From IMG/VR virus record IMGVR_UViG_2880412407_000002: a stretch of 64,000 nucleotides of DNA. One strand, written 5' to 3'. This stretch comes from a virus (lineage: Duplodnaviria; Heunggongvirae; Uroviricota; Caudoviricetes). The notes below the pieces were generated by a model, which saw only the letters and a program-made list of their open reading frames with translations, searched no databases and was not told where the DNA came from. Below are positions 17,437 to 26,997 of this stretch, one piece after another (the first letter of the stretch is position 1; each line of letters begins with the position of its first letter). A program made the translations under genes and the position numbers.

Positions 17437-19382
17437 ATGGTATTTAAACACTACGATGTGGTCAGGGCGGCATCGCCGTCAGACCTTGCTGATGCACTTG
17501 CGCAAAAAATTCGTGAAGGATGGCAACCATACGGTGGGCCGTTTTCTTCGTATACGGATGATGGCGCAGCACTTATTCAGGCGATTGTCGCAGAAGGTGA
17601 TGTGAGCACACCTGTTGTGGTGAAGCCGTCGGATGGAGAAGGCACAGTAATCAGCGCCACCAGAGACCCGGAGTATTACTTTGTTGTTGTTCTGGCGGGG
17701 CAGTCAAACAGCATGGCATATGGTGAAGGCCTTCCGCTGCCGGAGACATATGACCGTCCGGACCCGCGTATTAAGCAGCTGGCGCGCCGCAGTACGGTGA
17801 CACCGGGCGGTGCAGCATGCAAATATAACGACATCATTCCGGCGGACCATTGTCTGCATGATGTGCAGGACATGAGCCGCCTTAACCATCCGAAAGCGGA
17901 CCTGTCAAAGGGGCAGTACGGAACCGTGGGGCAAGGGCTGCATATCGCCAAAAAATTGCTGCCGTTTATACCGGCGAATGCGGGCATTCTGCTGGTTCCG
18001 TGCTGTCGTGGTGGTTCAGCGTTCACCACCGGAGCCGATGGCACATACAGTGACGCGAGTGGTGCCTCGGAGAATTCAACCCGCTGGGGTGTGGACAAGC
18101 CGCTGTATAAGGACCTTATCGGTCGAACAAAAGCAGCACTGAAGAAGAATCCGAAAAATGTGCTGTTTGCCGTGGTGTGGATGCAGGGGGAATTTGATTT
18201 TGGCGGTACGCCGGTAAATCACGCAGCACAGTTTGGTGCGCTGGTTGATAAATTCCGTGCAGACCTGGCGGATATGGCAGGTCAGTGCGTCGGTGGCTCT
18301 GCTGGCGGTGTTCCCTGGATATGTGGAGATACGACGTATTTCTGGAAGCAGAAGAACGAATCCTCGTACCAGACGGTGTACGGCAGCTACAAAAACAAAA
18401 CGGAAAAGAATATCCATTTCGTACCGTTCATGACGGATGAGAACGGGGTGAATGTGCCGACGAACAAACCGGAAGAAGACCCGGACATTCCGGGTATCGG
18501 ATATTACGGTTCGAAATGGCGTGACAGCTCAGCCACCTGGACGTCACAGGACAGGGCGAGCCATTTCAGTTCATGGGCTCGCCGCGGGATTATTTCCGAC
18601 CGTCTGGCAACGGCGATTTTGCGCCATGCGGGAAGAGTGGCGCTAAACGCGGGGGCATCATCGACAGTATCAGAGGTGCGCCCGTCATCGCCTTCCGGTG
18701 CAGAAGCCACAGGCGTCACAGCACTGCTCTCTTACCTTGCCAGCGAGTCAGAGGGAAGCCTGAAAGTACAGGGATGGTCAGCCAGTGGCGGCAGGGCAGA
18801 AGTGGTCAGCGATGCGGAGGGAACCGGAGGTAAGGCAGTGAAGCTGACCAAGGAAGCCGGTAAAAGCAGCTGGGTGCTGGAGTACGCCGCGGGCAACGGT
18901 GCGGCTCTGTTACAGAAAGGGGGGCAGATTCGCTGCCGCTTTAAGGTTTCGGGAGCGCTGGCTGCGAACCAGTATGTTATGGCGTTTTACTGGCCGGTAT
19001 CTTCACTGCCACAGGGCGTTGCCCTGACCGGAGACGGGGGAATAACCTGCTGGCAGCGTTCTACATCCAGACAGATGTAAAAGACCTGAATGTGATGTAC
19101 CACAATGCGAAAGTGGCGACAAACAACCTGAAACTGGGAACCTTTGGCGCATTTGATAACGAATGGCATACGCTGGCTTTCCGCTTTGCCGGGAATAACA
19201 GCCTTCAGGTGACGCCGGTTATTGATGGTCAGGATGGCACACCGTTCACGCTGACGCAGTCACCGGTCAGTGCATTTGCGGCGGATAAACTGCATGTGAC
19301 AGACATTACCAGGAATGCGACTTACCCGGTGCTGATTGACAGCATTGCGGTGGAAGTGAACAACGCGGATGCCGCGGCATGA
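17437..19382 (+). CDS. nanS: NanS-p-like sialate O-acetylesterase (SGNH/SASA); frame shifts at a G5 run at 19036-19040
   Basis: GQSNSMAYGEG motif; N-terminal DUF1737-like region; C-terminal 96 aa continue in the +1 frame (ORF 19092-19382). Confidence 0.6.
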
Positions 19383-19518
19383 TAAAAAAAGCCGCCAGTT
19401 GCCTGAGACCTCTGGCGGTGTGAGATTCATGGAGAATCAAGGAAAGATACTACCACTTTCGTCATCGGCATTTTTAAATGAAAACTGTTTACTTAGTCAA
19501 CCATAACGGTAAGAAATT

Positions 19519-19698
19519 ATGACATTTATTCATCAGCTGATGCTGTACTTCTGTACGGTGGTCTGTGTGCTGTATCTCCTTTCGGGTGGGTACAGGGCCA
19601 TGCGTGACTTCTGGCGCAGACAGATTGACAAAAGGGCCGCTGAGAAAATCAGCGCCAGTCAGTCAGCCGGAAGCAAACCCGAAGAGCCGCTCATTTAG
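19519..19698 (+). CDS. Small single-pass membrane protein candidate
   Basis: 59-aa ORF MTFIHQLMLYFCTVVCVLYLLSGG... absent from the ORF track (below length cut-off). Confidence 0.3.
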   Translation: MTFIHQLMLYFCTVVCVLYLLSGGYRAMRDFWRRQIDKRAAEKISASQSAGSKPEEPLI

Positions 19699-19738
19699 CG
19701 GCAACTTTCTTAATCACATCTTTCGACGAGAAAATCCC

Positions 19739-19984
19739 ATGTCAGAAATTACATCCCTGGTCACTGCTGAGGCAGTGAAGGAAGTCCTGCGCTCTGAAGA
19801 AGTCCGGAGTGCACTGAAACAGAAACTCCGCCAGAATCTTGAGTCGCGTCTTGATGCAGAAGTGGATGCTATTCTGGATGAACTGCTGGGCGCACCGGCA
19901 GTTCCTGAGCCGGAAGGTATCGCGGGTGAGGGGAGTGCTTCAGATGGCGGTGAACCCACACCTGACAGCGACATGATGATGTAA
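19739..19984 (+). CDS. Hypothetical acidic protein
   Basis: 81-aa ORF from ATG 19739 upstream of the holin. Confidence 0.3.
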   Translation: MSEITSLVTAEAVKEVLRSEEVRSALKQKLRQNLESRLDAEVDAILDELLGAPAVPEPEGIAGEGSASDGGEPTPDSDMMM

Positions 19985-20060
19985 GCATGCGCAAGGGGCC
20001 ATCGGTGTGTGCCGGTGGTCTTTATATTGTTGTGAGCTTCCGGATTGCGGGAGACGGGGT

Positions 20061-20276
20061 ATGTACCAGATGGAAAAAATCACAACAGGTGTGTCATACA
20101 CCACGTCAGCGGTGGGAACGGGCTACTGGTTCCTGCAGTTGCTGGACAGGGTTTCCCCGTCTCAGTGGGCGGCAATAGGCGTGCTGGGGAGTCTGCTGTT
20201 TGGGCTGCTGACATATCTGACGAACCTGTATTTCAAGATTAAAGAAGACCGGCGTAAGGCGGCACGGGGAGAGTAA
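20061..20276 (+). CDS. Holin, S21 pinholin-like, with dual-start motif (MYQM)
   Basis: 71 aa with two TM segments and charged C-terminus; strongly resembles phage 21 S. Confidence 0.8.
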   Translation: MYQMEKITTGVSYTTSAVGTGYWFLQLLDRVSPSQWAAIGVLGSLLFGLLTYLTNLYFKIKEDRRKAARGE

Positions 20277-20280
20277 GCTG

Positions 20281-20814
20281 ATGAGCAGGAAACTCCGCTA
20301 TGGTTTATCGGCTGCCGTTCTGGCGCTGATTGCCGCAGGTGCTTCTGCGCCTGAAATCCTCGACCAGTTTCTGGATGAAAAGGAAGGTAACCACACCACG
20401 GCATACCGTGATGGTGCGGGTATCTGGACCATCTGCCGTGGAGCCACCCGGGTGGATGGTAAGCCTGTGATTCCTGGCATGAAGCTGTCGAAGGAAAAAT
20501 GCGACCGGGTTAACGCTATCGAACGGGATAAGGCGCTGGCATGGGTGGAGCGTAATATAAAAGTTCCACTGACCGAGCCACAAAAAGCAGGTATCGCGTC
20601 ATTCTGTCCGTACAACATTGGTCCCGGTAAGTGTTTCCCGTCGACGTTTTACAGACGAATTAATGCAGGTGATCGAAAAGGTGCCTGCGAAGCTATTCGC
20701 TGGTGGATTAAGGACGGTGGCAGGGACTGCCGTATTCGCTCAAATAACTGTTACGGTCAGATATCCCGTCGTGACCAGGAGAGCGCGCTGGCGTGCTGGG
20801 GAATCGACAGATAA
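20281..20814 (+). CDS. SAR-endolysin (lysozyme, GH24-like) with N-terminal signal-anchor
   Basis: 177 aa; hydrophobic N-terminus LSAAVLALIAAGASA; directly after the holin. Confidence 0.8.
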   Translation: MSRKLRYGLSAAVLALIAAGASAPEILDQFLDEKEGNHTTAYRDGAGIWTICRGATRVDGKPVIPGMKLSKEKCDRVNAIERDKALAWVERNIKVPLTEPQKAGIASFCPYNIGPGKCFPSTFYRRINAGDRKGACEAIRWWIKDGGRDCRIRSNNCYGQISRRDQESALACWGIDR

Positions 20815-21084
20815 GAAGAATATTTTGCTGAAAAATGAGGTTTGCTTACATGGACGGATAACACGAAATCCTGCAAATTGGCAAAATGTAAGTGAATAAA
20901 GTCAAAACAGTTGTTTAACACTCAGGCACCGTAATGATGCCTTTGTCATTTCTGCGCATCTCACGCGCATCTCACAACACAGAACCTTTCAGGATGACCC
21001 TTGAGGATACCGGTTTGGCTGTCGGTGCCTTTCTGTGGGCTGGATTCCTGTGAGACAAGGTTCATCACTAAAAGGAAATAACCG

Positions 21085-21654
21085 ATGAATATGATGGCCG
21101 TGCCGTTTCACGGCAACTCTCTTTATGTAGTTAACCATAATGGCGAACCATACGTTCCCATGAAACCTGTCGTTGCGGGGATGGGGCTGGCCTGGCAATC
21201 ACAGTTGGCTAAGTTAAGACAGCGTTTTGCGTCAACTATAACGGAAATCGTTATGGTTGCTGAGGATGGGAAACAACGCAATATGGTGTCCATGCCACTT
21301 CGAAAACTTGCCGGCTGGCTACAAACCATTAATCCCAACAAAGTAAAACCCGAAATCCGCGATAAGGTCATCCGGTATCAGGAAGAGTGCGACGATGTTC
21401 TTTACGAGTACTGGACGAAGGGTTTTGTCGTTAATCCCCGTAAAATGAGCGTGATGGAAGAACTCAACCAGGCTTGTGCTGACATGAAACGGGATAAAAA
21501 CATTGCCAGTGTGTTTGCTACCGGGCTGAATGAGTGGAAACAGGTTAAAGCCGCGCATGTATCAAAAATCCGTACGCTGGTAAATGAAGCGAATATGCTG
21601 ATTGATTTTGTCCTGGCTGATACAGGCAAAGGGAAAATAACAAAGGCGGATTGA
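21085..21654 (+). CDS. Antirepressor-like protein (AntA/AntB N-terminal domain-like)
   Basis: 189-aa ORF inserted between the endolysin and Rz. Confidence 0.4.
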   Translation: MNMMAVPFHGNSLYVVNHNGEPYVPMKPVVAGMGLAWQSQLAKLRQRFASTITEIVMVAEDGKQRNMVSMPLRKLAGWLQTINPNKVKPEIRDKVIRYQEECDDVLYEYWTKGFVVNPRKMSVMEELNQACADMKRDKNIASVFATGLNEWKQVKAAHVSKIRTLVNEANMLIDFVLADTGKGKITKAD

Positions 21655-21807
21655 TGGGGTGGCTAATGATATCAGATAAACTCATAACGCTGGTGAAGAG
21701 CCTCTGTGTACTTGTCGGCATTTCATTTTTAGTCATGCTGGTTGCCATTTTCTTTTCCACCGCCTGGCGAGTCCTGACGTTATCGGGACTGGTGGGGTGA
21801 AAGAGAG

Positions 21808-22275
21808 ATGAACCGTGTTCTGTGTGTGGTGATTATTGTCCTGGCGGTTGGCTGTGGTGCGCTGTGGCTGGCAACAAACCATTACCGTGACAACGCGCTC
21901 ACCTACAAAGCGCAGCGTGATAAAAAAGCCAGAGAGCTGGAACAGGCGAATGCCACCATTACTGACATGCAGGTGCGCCAGCGTGATGTTGCTGCGCTCG
22001 ATGCAAAATACTCGAGGGAGTTAGCCGATGCGAGAGCTGAAAATGAAACTCTGCGTGCTGATGTTGCCGCTGGTCGTAAGCGCCTGCGGATCAACGCCAC
22101 CTGCTCCGGTACCGTGCGTGAAGCCACCGGCACCTCCGGCGTGGATAATGCAACCGGCCCCCGACTGGCAGACACCGCTGAACGGGATTATTTCATCCTC
22201 AGAGAACGGTTGATGACAATGCAGAAGCAGCTGGAAGGGGCACAGGACTATATCCGCACTCAGTGCCTGAACTAA
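21808..22275 (+). CDS. Spanin Rz (inner-membrane subunit)
   Basis: 155 aa with N-terminal TM segment and coiled-coil-like region; embedded Rz1 ORF. Confidence 0.75.
   Translation: MNRVLCVVIIVLAVGCGALWLATNHYRDNALTYKAQRDKKARELEQANATITDMQVRQRDVAALDAKYSRELADARAENETLRADVAAGRKRLRINATCSGTVREATGTSGVDNATGPRLADTAERDYFILRERLMTMQKQLEGAQDYIRTQCLN
22028..22213 (+). CDS. Spanin Rz1 (outer-membrane lipoprotein) embedded in Rz in another frame
   Basis: Lipobox LVVSAC and proline-rich mature region. Confidence 0.7.
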   Translation: MRELKMKLCVLMLPLVVSACGSTPPAPVPCVKPPAPPAWIMQPAPDWQTPLNGIISSSENG

Positions 22276-22514
22276 GTTTTGCTGATGCGCCGTATCGTCA
22301 CCGTATTCCTGCATTAACAGAGACCGCAGCCCGACAGGGAGACTCCTCTGCGAGAGTGTGCGGGGATAATCAAAAACGATACACACCGGGGTTTACCGCG
22401 TTAACGGAGCGCGGTGTTGTCCCCTCATAGTCGCCAGTCCGGTGCGATGGTGGAAGAAACTGGATTTTGTTGCAAATGATAACCATTATCATTTTTTGCG
22501 GGTCCTCCTGGTGG

Positions 22515-22545
22515 GGTGGGCCTGAACACGGGGCGGGCGGCGCGG
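22515..22545. other. Candidate cos site
   Basis: GGGGCGGGCGGCGCGG resembles the lambda cosN GGGCGGCG core, just upstream of the small terminase gene. Confidence 0.3.
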
Positions 22546-22689
22546 AAAAAGGCGCATTTTTTGATTTTTATGGCACCATCACCACCAGTGTAAGTTATTG
22601 ATATATAGAAAAATAAAAATTTTTAGTGTCGAATCTGGTTGTTTTTTGTTCATCACTGGTGTGTGTTTACATAATTTTCAGGGGGAGTT

Positions 22690-23166
22690 ATGGATCGTGA
22701 ATTAAAAAATCTGCATCTGAATATTTCCCAACTGGCCGCATTATCCGGTGCTCATCGACAGACTGTTGCGGCTCGGGTAAAAAACATAAGCCCAGCCGGT
22801 GGTCATGAGAGCAATCTCAAACTGTACCGACTGACAGATATCCTTGCCGAGCTGATGAAAGCTCCTCTGCCTGTAGATAACAAGGAAATGGATCCTCATG
22901 CGCGTAAAGCATGGTACCAGTCAGAACGTGACCGACTGAAATTTGAGCAGGAAACTGGTCAGCTTGTGCCAGTCAGTGATGTCAGGCGGTCCTTTTCTGT
23001 CGTGGTGAAAGCGATAGTTCAGGTACTGGAAACCTGGCCTGACCGGCTGGAAAGGGACAGGGGGTGGACCGCATCACAACTGAATGAAGTACAGATTGTG
23101 GTTGATGAGATCCGCGATACACTGGAAAAGGCAGTCATTGACTGTTGTGATGAGGCCGATATGTGA
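22690..23166 (+). CDS. Terminase small subunit
   Basis: 158-aa ORF immediately upstream of and overlapping the large terminase gene. Confidence 0.6.
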   Translation: MDRELKNLHLNISQLAALSGAHRQTVAARVKNISPAGGHESNLKLYRLTDILAELMKAPLPVDNKEMDPHARKAWYQSERDRLKFEQETGQLVPVSDVRRSFSVVVKAIVQVLETWPDRLERDRGWTASQLNEVQIVVDEIRDTLEKAVIDCCDEADM

Positions 23167-25286
23167 ATCAGGTGAACGAGAGCCATAGCCGCGCATCCGA
23201 TATCTGGCGCGAAGTGGCCTCGCTGTTTCGCCCACCCAGCCGGTTACCAGTAGCGGAAGCCATCAGGCGTTATATGCGGGTTCCACGGGGAGCCAATACT
23301 TCCGGTCCGTGGGAGTCATCGCTGACGCCCTATATGATTGACCCCATTAATACATTATCAGCCCGTGAATATGACGCGGTGGTGTTTGTGGGACCTGCGC
23401 GAACCGGGAAAACCGAAGGGCTGATTGATGGCTGGATTGTGTACGGCATCATCTGTGATCCGGCGGATATGCTGGTGGTGCAGATGACTGAGACGAAGGC
23501 GCGTGAGCATTCCAGAACGCGTCTTTCCAGGACGTTTCGCCACAGTCCGGAGGTCAGCAAGCGCCTCAGTCCTTCCCGTAATGACAACAACGTCCACGAT
23601 AAAATGTTTCTTGACGGCTCCTTCCTGAAGATTGGCTGGCCGTCGATCACCGTCTTTTCCTCTTCGGATTACCGTCGTGTGGCGCTGACGGATTATGACC
23701 GTTTCCCTGAAAATGTGGACGGGGAAGGGGATGCCTTCACGCTGGCCTCAAAGCGTACCACCACCTTTATGTCCTCGGGGATGACCCTGGTCGAGAGTTC
23801 ACCGGGGCGGGATATCACCGATACCAAATGGCGTTGTGGTGGCGCACATGAGGCACCGCCAACAACGGGGATCCTGTCACTGTATAACCGGGGAGACCGC
23901 CGCCGGTGGTACTGGCCGTGTCCGCACTGCGGGGAATATTTTCAGCCGGTGATGGATAACATGACCGGATACCGGAATAACCCGGATTTTGTGGCTGCCG
24001 GTCAGGCTGCCCGTCTGATGTGTCCGCATTGTCGCGGGCTGATTGCCCCTGAGCAGAAACGCGAACTGAATAACCAGGGGATCTGGCTTCGTGAAGGTGA
24101 ACGGGCGGCGGCGGACGGCAGTATCACCGGAACGCCACGAAACTCCCGGATTGCGTCATTCTGGATGGAGGGGCCAGCTGCGGCGTTTCAGACCTGGGAA
24201 CAACTGATTTTTAAACTGCTGGCGGCAGAAGAAGAGTATGAGCGAACCGGCAGTGAAGAGACCCTGAAAGCGGTGGTGAACACCGATATCGGACGACCCT
24301 ATCTTCCCCGTTCAGCCACGGAACAGCGTAAAAGTGAACTGCTTGAACAGCGTGCCGAGCCGTTTCCCCGGCGATCTGTGCCGGATGGTGTGCGTTTTAT
24401 TGAGGCAACGGTTGACGTACAGGGCGGTAAAAATCGCCGTTTTGTTGTGCAGATCACCGGATACGGAGAGCAGGGGGAACGCTGGATTGTTGATCGCTAC
24501 AACATCCGGCATTCACTGCGCTGCAGTCCCAACGGTGAAAGTCTGCCGGTTGATCCGGCGGCATATCCGGAGGACTGGGATTTGTTGCTGACGGATGTGT
24601 TCCATAAAACATGGCCGCTGGCTTCTGATCCGGATGTGCGCATGCGTCTGATGGCCATGGCGGTGGATACGGGAGGGGAAGCCGGGGTGACAGATAACGC
24701 CTATCGTTTCTGGCGTCGTTGCCGGAGTGACGGACTGGGCAACAGGGTGTTTCTGTTCAAGGGGGATGGACTTCGCCGTGACAGGCTGATTAACCGAACC
24801 TTCCCGGATAATACCGGCAGAAGTGCCCGCCGTGCCAGAGCCAGTGGCGATGTCGCGCTGTGGCTGGTTCAGACGGATGCGTTTAAGGATCGTGTAAATA
24901 ATGCCCTGTGGCGTGACACACCAGGGCCGAACTATATCCACTTTCCCGACTGGCTGGGGCGGTGGTTTTACGATGAGCTGACCTATGAAGAGCGCGGCAG
25001 TGACGGAAAATGGCGAAAACCGGGCAGGGGCGCTAACGAAGCGTTTGACCTGCTGGTTTATGCGGATGCGCTTGCCGTTCTGCATGGTTACGAAAAGATC
25101 CGCTGGCCCTCCGCACCGGACTGGGCACAGCGGGAAACGTGGCTCGTCTTCCCGCAGGAGCGTTCTGGTGAAACGGTATCCCCGGAACTGACGGCCGGGG
25201 CAGAAAAACGCCGTCGCCGGAAGAAAAAACTGCGGACGGAGCGTGCGGAAGATAATCCATGGATAACATCAGGAGGCTGGTTGTGA
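23163..25286 (+). CDS. Terminase large subunit (lambda gpA-like)
   Basis: 707 aa with Walker A-like GPARTGKTE and CPHCGEYF zinc motif. Confidence 0.85.
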   Translation: MNQVNESHSRASDIWREVASLFRPPSRLPVAEAIRRYMRVPRGANTSGPWESSLTPYMIDPINTLSAREYDAVVFVGPARTGKTEGLIDGWIVYGIICDPADMLVVQMTETKAREHSRTRLSRTFRHSPEVSKRLSPSRNDNNVHDKMFLDGSFLKIGWPSITVFSSSDYRRVALTDYDRFPENVDGEGDAFTLASKRTTTFMSSGMTLVESSPGRDITDTKWRCGGAHEAPPTTGILSLYNRGDRRRWYWPCPHCGEYFQPVMDNMTGYRNNPDFVAAGQAARLMCPHCRGLIAPEQKRELNNQGIWLREGERAAADGSITGTPRNSRIASFWMEGPAAAFQTWEQLIFKLLAAEEEYERTGSEETLKAVVNTDIGRPYLPRSATEQRKSELLEQRAEPFPRRSVPDGVRFIEATVDVQGGKNRRFVVQITGYGEQGERWIVDRYNIRHSLRCSPNGESLPVDPAAYPEDWDLLLTDVFHKTWPLASDPDVRMRLMAMAVDTGGEAGVTDNAYRFWRRCRSDGLGNRVFLFKGDGLRRDRLINRTFPDNTGRSARRARASGDVALWLVQTDAFKDRVNNALWRDTPGPNYIHFPDWLGRWFYDELTYEERGSDGKWRKPGRGANEAFDLLVYADALAVLHGYEKIRWPSAPDWAQRETWLVFPQERSGETVSPELTAGAEKRRRRKKKLRTERAEDNPWITSGGWL

Positions 25287-25495
25287 GCACAGAAGAAGCC
25301 AGAGAAATGATACAGCGGTACCGTGAAGCGGAAATGGCCGTACTGGAGGGAAAGTCTGTCACCTTCAACGGGCAGCAACTGACGCTGGAAAGCCTTTCTC
25401 AGATCCGCGCCGGACGTCAGGAGTGGGAACGCAGGCTTGCCGCGATGGTGAGCCGCAGGCGGGGAAAACCGGGATTTAAACTGGCGAGGTTTTAA
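25259..25495 (+). CDS. W: Head-tail joining protein (gpW-like); start may be GTG 25283 after AGGAGG
   Basis: C-terminal RRRGKPGFKLA resembles lambda W RRRGPAGFYV. Confidence 0.6.
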   Translation: MDNIRRLVVSTEEAREMIQRYREAEMAVLEGKSVTFNGQQLTLESLSQIRAGRQEWERRLAAMVSRRRGKPGFKLARF

Positions 25496-26997
25496 TGGCA
25501 ATTATTGATGATGTGATCGGCGTGTTTTCCCCCGGGTGGAAAGCAGCCAGACTGCGTTCAAGGGCGTTAATCATGGCCTATGAGGCGGTGAAACCGACCC
25601 GGACACATAAAGCCCGGCGGGAAAATCGCTCTGCTGATCAGCTCAGTAAATACGGTGCGGTTTCCCTGCGGGAGCAGGCCCGTTTTCTGGATATCAATCA
25701 TGACCTGGTGATTGGTGTGTTTGACAAGCTGGAAGAGCGGGTGATTGGTGCCAGGGGAATTATTGTGGAGCCTCAGCCATTACGAAAAAACGGGGAAATG
25801 GCGGCTGAGCTGGCTGCGGATATCCGCCGTTTGTGGGCTGAATGGTCCGTGAGTCCGGATGTGACAGGGCAGTATACCCGTCCTGTGCTTGAACGTTTAC
25901 TGCTGCGGACCTGGCTGCGGGATGGTGAAGTGTTTGCGCAGATGGTCAGTGGTGCGGGAAACGGTCTGGAACGGACGGCGGGAGTGCCATTCTGGCTTGA
26001 GGCGATGGAGCCGGATTTTGTTCCCATGCGCACTGATGAATCCGCCGGACTGAATCAGGGGGTTTTTCTTGATGAGTGGGGAAGACCGAAAAAATATCTG
26101 GTTTATAAAAATTATCCGGTCAGCGGCCGGCAGAGTGATACGAAAGAAATCGCTGCCGGAAAAATGATCCACCTGAAGTTCACTCGTCGTCTGCATCAGA
26201 CGCGAGGCTCATCCATGTTATCGGGGGTGCTGATGCGGATCAGTGCCCTTAAGGAGTATGAGGATGCGGAACTGACAGCGGCGCGTATTGCTGCGGCGCT
26301 GGGACTGTATATCCGTAAAGGTGACGGACAGGACTATGAAGATCCGGGGATCAAAGAGACCGAGCGGGAAGTCCATATCACCCCGGGTATTATTTATGAC
26401 GATTTGCGCAAGGGCGAGGATATCGGCATGGTCAAATCTGACCGTCCCAATCCCAACCTTGAAACTTTCCGCAACGGCCAGTTGCGTGCAGTGGCAGCAG
26501 GCAGTCGTCTGAGTTTTTCCAGTGCGGCGCGTAACTATAACGGCACCTACAGCGCCCAGCGGCAGGAGCTGGTCGAGTCCACGGATGGTTACCTGATCCT
26601 GCAGGACTGTTTTATTGGCGCGGTAACCCGCCCGGTGTACCGGACATGGCTGAATATGGTGGTTGCGGCAGGTCTGCTGAAAATTCCGGCGGATGTGGAG
26701 ATGAAAACGCTATATAACGCGACGTATTCCGGTCCGGTGATGCCGTGGATCGACCCGGTTAAGGAAGCTGAAGCCTGGAGAATTCAGATCCGGGGTGGTG
26801 CAGCGACAGAATCTGACTGGGTGCGTGCCGGTGGGCGCAATCCGGATGAGGTCAAACGTCGCCGCAAGGCTGAAATTGATGAAAACAGCAGACTGGGGCT
26901 GGTCTTTGATACTGACCCCGTCAACGACAAAGGAGGCAACAGTGCCGGAACTGAACGACAGTATCAGCGCGACACCGAAAGCCAGCATGAAGAATAA
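25495..26997 (+). CDS. B: Portal protein (lambda gpB-like)
   Basis: 500-aa ORF between W and the protease gene. Confidence 0.85.
   Translation: MAIIDDVIGVFSPGWKAARLRSRALIMAYEAVKPTRTHKARRENRSADQLSKYGAVSLREQARFLDINHDLVIGVFDKLEERVIGARGIIVEPQPLRKNGEMAAELAADIRRLWAEWSVSPDVTGQYTRPVLERLLLRTWLRDGEVFAQMVSGAGNGLERTAGVPFWLEAMEPDFVPMRTDESAGLNQGVFLDEWGRPKKYLVYKNYPVSGRQSDTKEIAAGKMIHLKFTRRLHQTRGSSMLSGVLMRISALKEYEDAELTAARIAAALGLYIRKGDGQDYEDPGIKETEREVHITPGIIYDDLRKGEDIGMVKSDRPNPNLETFRNGQLRAVAAGSRLSFSSAARNYNGTYSAQRQELVESTDGYLILQDCFIGAVTRPVYRTWLNMVVAAGLLKIPADVEMKTLYNATYSGPVMPWIDPVKEAEAWRIQIRGGAATESDWVRAGGRNPDEVKRRRKAEIDENSRLGLVFDTDPVNDKGGNSAGTERQYQRDTESQHEE

Noticed and set aside
16433-17605. ORFs of 100-111 aa in the AT-rich segment upstream of nanS-p
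   Set aside because: They overlap on both strands, are AT-rich and low-complexity, and have no RBS; probably non-coding.
19393-19420. Hairpin GCCGCCAG...CTGGCGG after nanS-p as a plus-strand terminator
   Set aside because: The A-run precedes rather than follows the stem, so it would terminate minus-strand transcription only; the role is unclear.
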